Shown here in pieces: positions 44,686 to 52,261 of a stretch of DNA of 64,000 nucleotides. How positions within the stretch are numbered: position 1 is the first letter of the stretch; the number at the start of each line of letters is the position of its first letter. The stretch is from Eubacteriales bacterium (GTDB lineage Bacteria > Bacillota > Clostridia > Oscillospirales > QAKW01). The translations under genes were made by a program, and so were the position numbers. The notes below the pieces were generated by a model. It saw only the letters and a program-made list of their open reading frames with translations, made no database searches and was not told the origin of the DNA. The stretch is taken from contig JAZREO010000149.1 in the NCBI GenBank assembly GCA_045660845.1, positions 7,416-71,415 of the forward strand. The letters run 5' to 3'.

Positions 44686-44770
44686 TGATTTTTTTAATTT
44701 TTTACAAATAAATTGCTAATTTTTTTATAATAAACGAACTTTAAGAGAACAGTTAACATAATGATTTGTT

Positions 44771-44826
44771 CAATATAACCAAAAATGCCGCCCATAAAAA
44801 TTTTATGGCGGCATTTTTGGTTATAT
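44771..44826. terminator. long inverted-repeat terminator downstream of pncB
   Basis: caatataaccaaaaatgccgcc ... ggcggcatttttggttatattg has 22-bp arms around a short AT-rich palindromic centre. Confidence 0.7.
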
Positions 44827-44841
44827 TGTATAATTCTAAAT

Positions 44842-46281
44842 TTAGCGATTTTTTAGCAATTCATGGCGAATGGTCCAAAGTTTTTCAGAATAATCCACAT
44901 AATATTCATGAGGATTTTCAAACCGCTTCACCTCATCCCAAAGCAGATCCAACTGGTTCAAGCAGTAACTGCGAATCTCTTGTGTAGATGGTTTTTCGTA
45001 AACCAATTTTCCCTCTAAAAAGATTGGTTTCAACAGCGGAACCGCATCATAGTCGATCAATACCTTTTCTTTCCAGGTGTGTACGGGATCAAACAATGTA
45101 TACGGTTTACTTTCGTCGATCACCTCGTCGTGCAGAGTCAGAAGATCGGCGATTGCCATTCCCGTGTCCTTAGAGAAAAAGCGGTAAAGCTGCTTGAAGC
45201 AAGGAACGGTGATTTTTTCAATATTTTCAGAGATCTTGATTTTCGGCGTAATGCTACCATCTTCTTCCTCAACGGCAACCAACTTATAAACGCCCCCAAA
45301 AACCGATTCGCTACGGGAGGTGATCAATCTCTCCCCCACACCGAATAGATCGATCTTCGCCCCTTGCATAATGCAGTCGCGGATAATATATTCATCCAGA
45401 GAGTTCGACACCATAATCTTGCAGTCAGGATACCCGGCATCATCCAGAATTTTTCTGATTTTTTTCGATAAATACGTAATATCACCGGAATCAATCCGAA
45501 CCGCCACCGGACGCGCTCCCATCGGCTTCAGCACCTCGTCAAAGCAGCGAATAGCATTGGGTAGACCGGATCTTAATACATTGAAGGTATCGATCAGCAA
45601 AACACAGGCATTGGGATAATTTTTCGCATAGGCCGCAAAAGCCTCATACTCACTGGGAAAACTCTGCACCCAGCTATGCGCCATCGTTCCGCTGCAGGGC
45701 ACGCCGTAAAGCTTATCGCAAAGAGCATTGGAAGTACCGGTGCAGCCAGCAATATAAGCTGCTCTCGCCCCCATGATCGACGCAGCAGTACCATGCGCGC
45801 GGCGGGCACCAAACTCACTGACACCGCGTCCGTCGGCTGCACGAACGATACGAGATGCCTTTGTCGCAATTAGGCTTTGATGATTAATGGTAAGCAAAAT
45901 CATCGTTTCCAAAAGCTGCGCCTGTATCGCCGGACCGCGGACAGTCAGGATCGGCTCGCCAGGAAATACCGGAGTCCCCTCCGGCACAGCATAAACATCA
46001 CAGGTAAATTTAAAATTACGAAGATATTCCAAAAATCCTTCAGAAAACAGACCTTTTTGGCGCAAAAATTCAATACTTTCATCCGAGTAGGAAAGATTGG
46101 AGATATAGTCGATCACCTGATCAAGACCGCAGCAGATGGCATAGCCACCACGATCCGGAACACGACGGAAAAAGACATCAAAATAAACAATTTGCTCGCC
46201 TTTTCCTTCGTTATAGTAGCCGTTGCTCATAGTAAACTCGTAAAAGTCATTCAACAGACTAAGTTCCATTTCAGAATTCAT
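44842..46281 (-). CDS. pncB: nicotinate phosphoribosyltransferase
   Basis: 479 aa from ATG 46281 (GGAGGAG upstream). Contains LLNDFYEFTMSNGY, GTMAHSWVQSF and the GVGERLITS family motifs. Confidence 0.9.
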   Translation of the reverse strand: MNSEMELSLLNDFYEFTMSNGYYNEGKGEQIVYFDVFFRRVPDRGGYAICCGLDQVIDYISNLSYSDESIEFLRQKGLFSEGFLEYLRNFKFTCDVYAVPEGTPVFPGEPILTVRGPAIQAQLLETMILLTINHQSLIATKASRIVRAADGRGVSEFGARRAHGTAASIMGARAAYIAGCTGTSNALCDKLYGVPCSGTMAHSWVQSFPSEYEAFAAYAKNYPNACVLLIDTFNVLRSGLPNAIRCFDEVLKPMGARPVAVRIDSGDITYLSKKIRKILDDAGYPDCKIMVSNSLDEYIIRDCIMQGAKIDLFGVGERLITSRSESVFGGVYKLVAVEEEDGSITPKIKISENIEKITVPCFKQLYRFFSKDTGMAIADLLTLHDEVIDESKPYTLFDPVHTWKEKVLIDYDAVPLLKPIFLEGKLVYEKPSTQEIRSYCLNQLDLLWDEVKRFENPHEYYVDYSEKLWTIRHELLKNR

Positions 46282-46338
46282 CTTATCTCCTCCATTGATA
46301 TCGATATTCATACCGCAATCCTTTGTTTTATTTTGTAT

Positions 46339-46366
46339 ATTATATCATAAAACTACAAATTATCAA
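46339..46366 (-). promoter_or_regulatory. sigma-A promoter of pncB
   Basis: The minus strand reads TTGATA - 16 nt - TATAAT with an extended -10 TG. Confidence 0.5.
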
Positions 46367-46521
46367 TCCTTTTTTAAAGTGATTTATGGTGCATCCTCTA
46401 TGCACTTTTGTCCGTGTGGGCGGCGGTGTTTTCAGAAAAGCCGCTGATGTGGATGCTGATCCGGCGGACAAGGTGAAGGCCAACATCTCAAAAGATGCCC
46501 CATCCATTAAAGATTCGAATT

Positions 46522-46560
46522 AAAAACGGTGCTTTCCACAAAGAAAGCACCGTTTTTTTA
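46522..46560. terminator. bidirectional terminator after the 42-aa peptide gene
   Basis: acggtgctttc/cacaaa/gaaagcaccgt flanked by AAAAA and TTTTTTT. Confidence 0.8.
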
Positions 46561-46564
46561 AATT

Positions 46565-46693
46565 TTAGCCACAGGATGAATCGCAGCGGTCATTACAGCC
46601 GCGGTTTCTACCGCAACGGCTATTCGCGCCGTTGTCGCCCAGGAAGTAGGCGATCAACAATGCTGCAATCAAAGCAGTAATGCAATCAGACAT
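46565..46693 (-). CDS. 42-aa membrane-anchored Cys-rich peptide (not in ORF track)
   Basis: Own translation gives MSDCITALIAALLIAYFLGDNGANSRCGRNRGCNDRCDSSCG*. RBS GAGGTGA lies 5 nt upstream of the ATG and a strong terminator lies 5 nt after the stop. Confidence 0.6.
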   Translation of the reverse strand: MSDCITALIAALLIAYFLGDNGANSRCGRNRGCNDRCDSSCG

Positions 46694-46726
46694 AATCTCA
46701 CCTCAAGATATTATATGCCAGAACCC

Positions 46727-47764
46727 TTAAAACTTGAAGTAAAAATCCGTATCCCATGCCGGCAGACAAGAAAAATGCCGAAGATAGACTTTGGCACCCG
46801 GCTGAATCTGCTCCACCAGAAGCGGCAAATCAAACAGATCCTCCGAGCGGTGGTAAGCCGATACCTGCATCGACGGCTTATATTTACGGATCGTCCTGGC
46901 AGCACCGCGCAGAGCCGCCGCCTCCATCCCCTCCACATCCATTTTGATCAGGCTCACCGGTGCTTCACCCAGCAATTCATCCACTGTCATCGCTGGGATC
47001 ATTTCTCCCCCATTCGCAAGGGCATGGGATTTACGCCCTCCGTCCATGGCATACCGATGCTCTCCCGAATGCTCATCAATACAACAGTTAATGCATTTGA
47101 CATTTAAAAGATTTTCTGTATTCTTCAACAAACGCTTAAAGTTTTTGCGATCCGGCTCTATTGCCCAGATCTGCTGATAGCGTCCGTTAGTAAACTGCAG
47201 AAATCGTTCCACCGTATCCCCAGTATAAGCGCCCAGATCCAAATAACGCTCCTTCTCCGTCAATTGGAATAACCCCCATGCTTCTTCCACCGAAGACGCA
47301 CATTCGAACAGCGGAGAGATCTCCCCTGTTAGTTTGGAGCGAACAACATTTTCAAAGACCAACCGCGACTGCTCATCTGCCAGCATATGATACACTCGCT
47401 CCAATTCTTGGTAATGTAAATTTAAAAAATCAGCATCAAAAATCGTCTCTCCTGCCACCGGTACATCCGGCACATATACCTCCTGCTCTGCCATGATCGA
47501 GCTTATATTCGCAAGAACCTCCGGGCGATGGGTGCCGAAGCTGATCAAAACGATCATATTTCCAAACTGCTCTTTCAGTTCCCCATAACTTCCTACCGTA
47601 AATCCGCGGAACTGCTGATGGCGAACAAATCCGTCGCTGGCAAACACCCCTGCTGCCTTGATGCCGCGGCTTTCCATCACATCCAAGATCCGGTCAGCAC
47701 CGTTCCCCATCCCATACAACACAATGGGCTTATCTGCGGTTTTTAATCGTTTCCATAATTCCAT
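46727..47764 (-). CDS. FkbM-family methyltransferase
   Basis: 345 aa. The C-terminal half has an FkbM-like SAM-MTase pattern (LDLGAYTGDTVERF, IWAIEPDRKNFKRL, LIKMDVEGMEAAALRGA). Confidence 0.6.
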   Translation of the reverse strand: MELWKRLKTADKPIVLYGMGNGADRILDVMESRGIKAAGVFASDGFVRHQQFRGFTVGSYGELKEQFGNMIVLISFGTHRPEVLANISSIMAEQEVYVPDVPVAGETIFDADFLNLHYQELERVYHMLADEQSRLVFENVVRSKLTGEISPLFECASSVEEAWGLFQLTEKERYLDLGAYTGDTVERFLQFTNGRYQQIWAIEPDRKNFKRLLKNTENLLNVKCINCCIDEHSGEHRYAMDGGRKSHALANGGEMIPAMTVDELLGEAPVSLIKMDVEGMEAAALRGAARTIRKYKPSMQVSAYHRSEDLFDLPLLVEQIQPGAKVYLRHFSCLPAWDTDFYFKF

Positions 47765-47829
47765 AAAATTCCTCTTTTAATTGTAATTTTTGACGGTTTA
47801 TGTTATCCTTGAAAAAAGGAGTGATAACT

Positions 47830-48405
47830 GTGGAACTCAAGCTAAAAGACGAGCCGCTTTTTCTGATCGCGGCACTCTGTTTCTTCTTTCCTATTGGTGT
47901 GATTTTTCTTATAAACTCCGAACGATCTGCCAAGTTCAAATGGATCGCAGGGATTGGTAGTTGCCTGGTATTTCTGGGAATGCTCTCCCTCGCGCTATTG
48001 ACCCGTCCGCAAGCTGTTGACCCGGCACACTTTCATGTCAGCGTCACCCGAGAAACATTATCTGTCGGTCAGTCGGGCGGCTTTGTGATCACCGACGGAG
48101 ACCGCTACTGTACCGCCTATACTGTCGCCACAGAAAATAGCTTATTGAATGTAGAGGATAATCTTTATACCGCCGTAAGACCCGGCATCTGCACACTGAC
48201 CATTTCCTTCGGTGAGGAGGTTCGTACAGTAAAAATCAAAATAATAGAGGGTCAAGGCACCGATAGCATTGTCCTGTCTTCACCAAGCAGCGAACGATAC
48301 CACCTCAACACAGCCAAACACGCCGGCAAAAAAGCGGTAGAAATGACAGAAGAAGATGCCCTTCAATCCGGAAAAACGCCCTGCAAAAATTGTTTTAGAG
48401 AATAA
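47830..48405 (+). CDS. membrane protein with Ig-like (Big_2-like) domain and C-terminal Cys motif
   Basis: GTG 47830 lies 8 nt after AGGAG (the track start at 47800 is an alternative). It has 2 TM helices, a beta-rich domain (ICTLTISFGEEVRTVKIKI) and the tail YHLNTAKHAGKK...GKTPCKNCF. Confidence 0.55.
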   Translation: MELKLKDEPLFLIAALCFFFPIGVIFLINSERSAKFKWIAGIGSCLVFLGMLSLALLTRPQAVDPAHFHVSVTRETLSVGQSGGFVITDGDRYCTAYTVATENSLLNVEDNLYTAVRPGICTLTISFGEEVRTVKIKIIEGQGTDSIVLSSPSSERYHLNTAKHAGKKAVEMTEEDALQSGKTPCKNCFRE

Positions 48406-48444
48406 AGAAACAGCAATCTTCTTTCGAAGACTGCTGTTTCTTTA

Positions 48445-48531
48445 TGGTGCGGATAAGAGGACTTGAACCTCCACCGAGTTGCCCCGACTAGAACCTGAAT
48501 CTAGCGCGTCTGCCAATTCCGCCATATCCGC
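48445..48531 (-). tRNA. tRNA-Leu (anticodon CAG)
   Basis: The reverse complement GCGGATATGGCGGAATTGGCAGACGCGCTAGATTCAGGTTCTAGTCGGGGCAACTCGGTGGAGGTTCAAGTCCTCTTATCCGCACCA has anticodon loop TTCAGGT, a long variable arm and encoded CCA. Confidence 0.9.
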
Positions 48532-48562
48532 ATTTTAACCGCCGCCTTTCGGCAACGGTAAT

Positions 48563-48591
48563 ATATTAGCAGAGTCAAAAGAAAAAGTCAA
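48563..48591 (-). promoter_or_regulatory. sigma-A promoter of tRNA-Leu(CAG)
   Basis: The minus strand reads TTGACT - 17 nt - TAATAT. Confidence 0.45.
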
Positions 48592-48603
48592 CACTTTTTT
48601 TGA

Positions 48604-48990
48604 TTATTTTTTTAATTTTCCATAAGTTTTTTCAAGAAACCGCTCCTGATCAATGATAAAACGCTCATGATATGCCTTACCAATCAAACCGGCTTCATCG
48701 TATGCCTCCAGAGAAAAGACCAATTTGCGATTTTCAAAAGCAGTCAACTCACTTTTGCAGGTCACTTCCATCCCAATCGGCGTAGCCGCCAGGTGCTCCA
48801 CCTCGATCTTGGTGCCAACAGAGGTTTTTCCTTCCTCCAAAAGGTTTTCTACACTTTCTGCCGCAGTCTGCTCCATCAACGCAACCATTGCCGGAGTGGC
48901 ATAGACCTCCAGAGTACCGCTACCCATTTCTTTGGCGCTGAGTTCCTGTGTCACTCGAACGGTCACTTCGTGCTTTGTTCCAATCTGCAT
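48604..48990 (-). CDS. hotdog-fold thioesterase family protein
   Basis: 128 aa. VTQELSAKEMGSGTLEVYATPAMVALME ... VGTKIEVEHLAATPIG is typical of FlK/YbgC-like small thioesterases. Confidence 0.7.
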   Translation of the reverse strand: MQIGTKHEVTVRVTQELSAKEMGSGTLEVYATPAMVALMEQTAAESVENLLEEGKTSVGTKIEVEHLAATPIGMEVTCKSELTAFENRKLVFSLEAYDEAGLIGKAYHERFIIDQERFLEKTYGKLKK

Positions 48991-49131
48991 ATCATTTCTC
49001 CTTTGAATTTATTATAGAATTATATCATGGATCAATCCTTGCGTCAACCAAACTTTAAAAAGATGGAAATTTACAATTATTTTCGGTTTCTAAACATCAA
49101 ATAAAAACAGCACCCAAATGGGTGCTGTTTT

Positions 49132-49216
49132 TGGTGCGAAAGACGGGACTTGAACCCGTACGGTGTTAACCACACGCCCCTCAAACGTGCGCGTCTGCCA
49201 GTTCCGCCACTCTCGC
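49132..49216 (-). tRNA. tRNA-Leu (anticodon GAG)
   Basis: The reverse complement GCGAGAGTGGCGGAACTGGCAGACGCGCACGTTTGAGGGGCGTGTGGTTAACACCGTACGGGTTCAAGTCCCGTCTTTCGCACCA has anticodon loop TTGAGGG, a long variable arm and encoded CCA. The terminator hairpin at 49103-49131 lies just downstream. Confidence 0.9.
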
Positions 49217-49230
49217 ATAAATGCTTAACT

Positions 49231-49259
49231 ATTATAGCAGTCGCTTTTCAAAAAGTCAA
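49231..49259 (-). promoter_or_regulatory. sigma-A promoter of tRNA-Leu(GAG)
   Basis: The minus strand reads TTGACT - 17 nt - TATAAT. Confidence 0.5.
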
Positions 49260-49344
49260 TACCCAAATAAGAAAAAATCCCTTGAAATTAAACTGTTTTT
49301 TTGCTATTATGGTTACATCCTATATAAAGGCGGAAATATTCAGC

Positions 49345-50616
49345 GTGAAAGCAGCTTACTATACACTTGGCTGTAAAGTCAATCAATATGATACCCAGAT
49401 CATGCGGGACCGATTGGAGCAGGCGGGCTACCAAACCGTTTCCTTTGATGAGTCGGCAGATATTTATATCATCAACACCTGCACCGTTACCCAGATCTCC
49501 GATAAAAAGTCCCGGCAGATGATCTCCCGCGCCAAGCGCAACCATCCCGACAGTATTCTGGTAGTCTGCGGTTGCTTTTCCCAGGTCGCTCCCAGCGCCG
49601 CAGCCGCTTTGGATGGGGTCGATATCGTTCTCGGCACCTCCAATCGCAAGGATATCTTAAACTACATTCATCAATTCATGAATAACAAACAGCAGATCGT
49701 CGATGTTGACAACTGCGGAACCTTGGAAAAGGAAGAAATCCATTCTTTTGGTGAAAAAAATCGAGCGGTTTTGAAGATCGAAGACGGCTGCGAAAACTTT
49801 TGCTCCTACTGCCTAATTCCCTTTGCCCGGGGTCGGATTCGTTCCAAACCTCTGAACATAATCCGCAAAGAGACAGAAGCACTGGCTGCCTCCGGATATC
49901 ATGAGATCGTCCTGACCGGCATCCATTTAGCCTCTTACGGCAAAGAAAATGGCGCTCCCTGCCTGGAAAAAGCCATTTTAGAGGTAGCATCTGTCCCCGG
50001 CATTGAGCGCATACGCTTAGGTTCGCTGGAGCCCCGCGTCATTCAGCCCGAGTTTTTAGAGAAAGTCTGTAAAGTAAAAAAACTTTGCAAGCATTTCCAT
50101 CTTTCCCTTCAAAGCGGCTGCAACAACACCCTTCGCGCCATGAACCGGCATTATACCGCAGAAGAATTTTCCCATGCTGTCACGCTTTTGCGCAGTACAT
50201 TCCCCGGCTGTTCTATTACTACTGATATTATCGTCGGCTTTCCCGGCGAAACGGAACTTGATTTTAAAGAGAGTCTCACCTTCGCGGAGCGCATTGGGTT
50301 TGCAAAGATTCATATTTTCCCCTACTCCCCCCGCAAGGGCACCCGCGCCGCCGCCATGGACGGGCAACACACCAAGTCAACTAAAGCCCAGCGAGTGAAG
50401 CGAATGGAATCCGTCGAGCAAAAATGTCGCCACGCTTTTTGGAAACAGATGGTCGGAACCCTACAAACAGTCCTGCCGGAGGAAGAAAAGGACGGCTATC
50501 TCCATGGATTTACCGAAAATTATTGCCCCGTTCGCTGGATCGGCGCATTGGTCAACGAACCGGTATCAGTCCGAATCATCGGAAGCGATGCAGACGGATT
50601 GATCGGTGAAATATAA
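49345..50616 (+). CDS. mtaB: MiaB-like tRNA methylthiotransferase (MtaB family)
   Basis: Contains an N-terminal UPF0004 domain (AAYYTLGCKVNQYD), the radical-SAM motif CENFCSYCLIP and a TRAM-like C-terminus. GTG 49345 gives a canonical N-terminus; ATG 49309 is an alternative. The track start at 49150 overlaps the tRNA and is rejected. Confidence 0.8.
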   Translation: MKAAYYTLGCKVNQYDTQIMRDRLEQAGYQTVSFDESADIYIINTCTVTQISDKKSRQMISRAKRNHPDSILVVCGCFSQVAPSAAAALDGVDIVLGTSNRKDILNYIHQFMNNKQQIVDVDNCGTLEKEEIHSFGEKNRAVLKIEDGCENFCSYCLIPFARGRIRSKPLNIIRKETEALAASGYHEIVLTGIHLASYGKENGAPCLEKAILEVASVPGIERIRLGSLEPRVIQPEFLEKVCKVKKLCKHFHLSLQSGCNNTLRAMNRHYTAEEFSHAVTLLRSTFPGCSITTDIIVGFPGETELDFKESLTFAERIGFAKIHIFPYSPRKGTRAAAMDGQHTKSTKAQRVKRMESVEQKCRHAFWKQMVGTLQTVLPEEEKDGYLHGFTENYCPVRWIGALVNEPVSVRIIGSDADGLIGEI

Positions 50617-50650
50617 AAATGCGATGCTTTTTCAAGCATCGCATTTTTTA

Positions 50651-51346
50651 TTATACCTTACGAATGATACCCATGGGAGTCTGCTGACCGCTCTGACCCA
50701 AGGGATTGTCCTTCAAGATACGAGCAAAGAGATCCCGATCCATGCTTTCATCGGAAACACCAAGGATTACACCGTCGATATCATTGATATCTACAACACA
50801 GGTATCAAAACCGATCCGCTCTTTGATCTGCACCGCCACCTTATCAGGATCACGGGGACCCAGGACCACATAGTGATTATAGGGCGGAATGGTGCAGTCA
50901 CAAGGACCATCGATGGAGCGCGCCTTGGGACCGGCGATATTATAGAAAACACCGCGCTTACCGAAAAGTTTGCCCCAGGCGGAGCAAAACGCCGCCCAGA
51001 GGATCTTCATGGTGCCACATTCCTGCAGCGCCATCTCCATGGTCTCCGGAATACTCAAACCAATACCGTAGGGGGATTTATAAACGAACTTGCAAAGCAA
51101 CTTTGCAAGTGGACGAGGCTTGATCTCCTCCATGGGAATCGCCCGCTTTTGGGTACAGGCTACGCATTTTTCGGAGATGAAAAGGACATCGCCCTCCTCC
51201 ATGATATCCTTGGCATACTTCTCACAGACATCCTCGATCTGATCCTGATCGGTGATGACATGGGTCTTGATGGGCAGTCGGCGATAGTTTACGCCATCCA
51301 CTTCAATAATTTCGTTTTTGCCTTCATTAGGTCTTAATTCAGCCAT
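50651..51346 (-). CDS. CofE-like (F420-0:gamma-glutamyl ligase family) protein
   Basis: 231 aa from ATG 51346 (AGGAGG upstream). The pattern GDVLFISEKCVACTQKRA ... DINDIDG resembles PF01996 members found in Firmicutes. The assignment is from memory. Confidence 0.5.
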   Translation of the reverse strand: MAELRPNEGKNEIIEVDGVNYRRLPIKTHVITDQDQIEDVCEKYAKDIMEEGDVLFISEKCVACTQKRAIPMEEIKPRPLAKLLCKFVYKSPYGIGLSIPETMEMALQECGTMKILWAAFCSAWGKLFGKRGVFYNIAGPKARSIDGPCDCTIPPYNHYVVLGPRDPDKVAVQIKERIGFDTCVVDINDIDGVILGVSDESMDRDLFARILKDNPLGQSGQQTPMGIIRKV

Positions 51347-51359
51347 TTTTAACCTCCTA

Positions 51360-51899
51360 TTATTTAAAGAACAGAGGTAGCGGCGCCAGTGTGATGATAT
51401 CATCACGGTCATTGGCATCGCCTTCTGCTAAAATTGCCATTTTTGCTACGATCTCACCGCCGGCAGCAGTCACCAACTGCTCCAGCGCACGAAGGGATTC
51501 ACCGGTGGAGATCACATCGTCTACAATAACCACACGCTTGCCGCACATTGCTTCCGCATCTTTTCCATCGATGCAAAGAGCCTGTTTATGGTCGGTGGTA
51601 ATGGAATTGACCTCTACAGTAAAGATATCCTTCATATACAGTTTTGGCGCTTTTCGAGCTAAAATATACCGGTTCTCCCCGGTCTGCCGCGCCATCTCAT
51701 GAATCAAAGGAATTCCCTTAGACTCGGCAGTGATCATGATATCGTGGGGCGGCATTTTCCGGATCAGATCCCGTGCACACGCCTCGGTCAGCTCCACATC
51801 ACCAAAAATAACACACGCCGCAATATCCAAATGTTCATTGACCGGGCAGATGGGCAGATCCCTCTCCAACCCAGCAACCTTTAGTTTATATGTATCCAT
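51360..51899 (-). CDS. type I phosphoribosyltransferase (adenine/xanthine PRT-like)
   Basis: 179 aa from ATG 51899 (GAGGAGG upstream), with the PRPP-binding motif RVVIVDDVISTGESL. Confidence 0.75.
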   Translation of the reverse strand: MDTYKLKVAGLERDLPICPVNEHLDIAACVIFGDVELTEACARDLIRKMPPHDIMITAESKGIPLIHEMARQTGENRYILARKAPKLYMKDIFTVEVNSITTDHKQALCIDGKDAEAMCGKRVVIVDDVISTGESLRALEQLVTAAGGEIVAKMAILAEGDANDRDDIITLAPLPLFFK

Positions 51900-51909
51900 T
51901 TGAACCTCC

Positions 51910-52260
51910 TCAACACATTTCCATGGAAAGCTGCTCGCCACCCAGGATATGATAATGCAGATGAAATACGCTCTGTCCCGCATAGGCGTTGCAGTTGCTG
52001 ACCACGCGGAAACCTTCCTCTAACTTCAGTTCCTTGGCGATCTTAGCAATCACCTCAAAGATATGCGCCACCACCGCGCTGTTGGTTTCATCGATCTCCA
52101 GCACATTGGCAATATGCATTTTGGGAATGACCAGAACATGAATCTTTGCCATGGGATTTAGGTCATAAAAAGCTACGACCTGATCATCTTCATAGACTTT
52201 ATTGCTGGGGATCTCCCCCGCCGCGATCTTGCAGAAGATACAATCATTCATTTTGTTCAC
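51910..52260 (-). CDS. HIT-family (histidine triad) protein
   Basis: 116 aa with CIFCKI and the HLHYHILGG triad. Confidence 0.9.
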   Translation of the reverse strand: MNKMNDCIFCKIAAGEIPSNKVYEDDQVVAFYDLNPMAKIHVLVIPKMHIANVLEIDETNSAVVAHIFEVIAKIAKELKLEEGFRVVSNCNAYAGQSVFHLHYHILGGEQLSMEMC

Positions 52261-52261
52261 C

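Noticed and set aside
46386-46523. 45-aa ORF (MVHPLCTFVRVGGGVFRKAADVDADPADKVKANISKDAPSIKDSN) in the pncB upstream region.
   Set aside because: It has no RBS and no recognisable motif, and it runs into the terminator hairpin. It is possibly a gene remnant, but I cannot support it as a coding feature.
49150-49344. N-terminal 65-aa extension of the mtaB ORF in the supplied track.
   Set aside because: It runs through tRNA-Leu(GAG) (49132-49216) and its promoter. The canonical MtaB N-terminus (xKAAYYTLGCKVNQYD) begins at GTG 49345, with ATG 49309 as an alternative.
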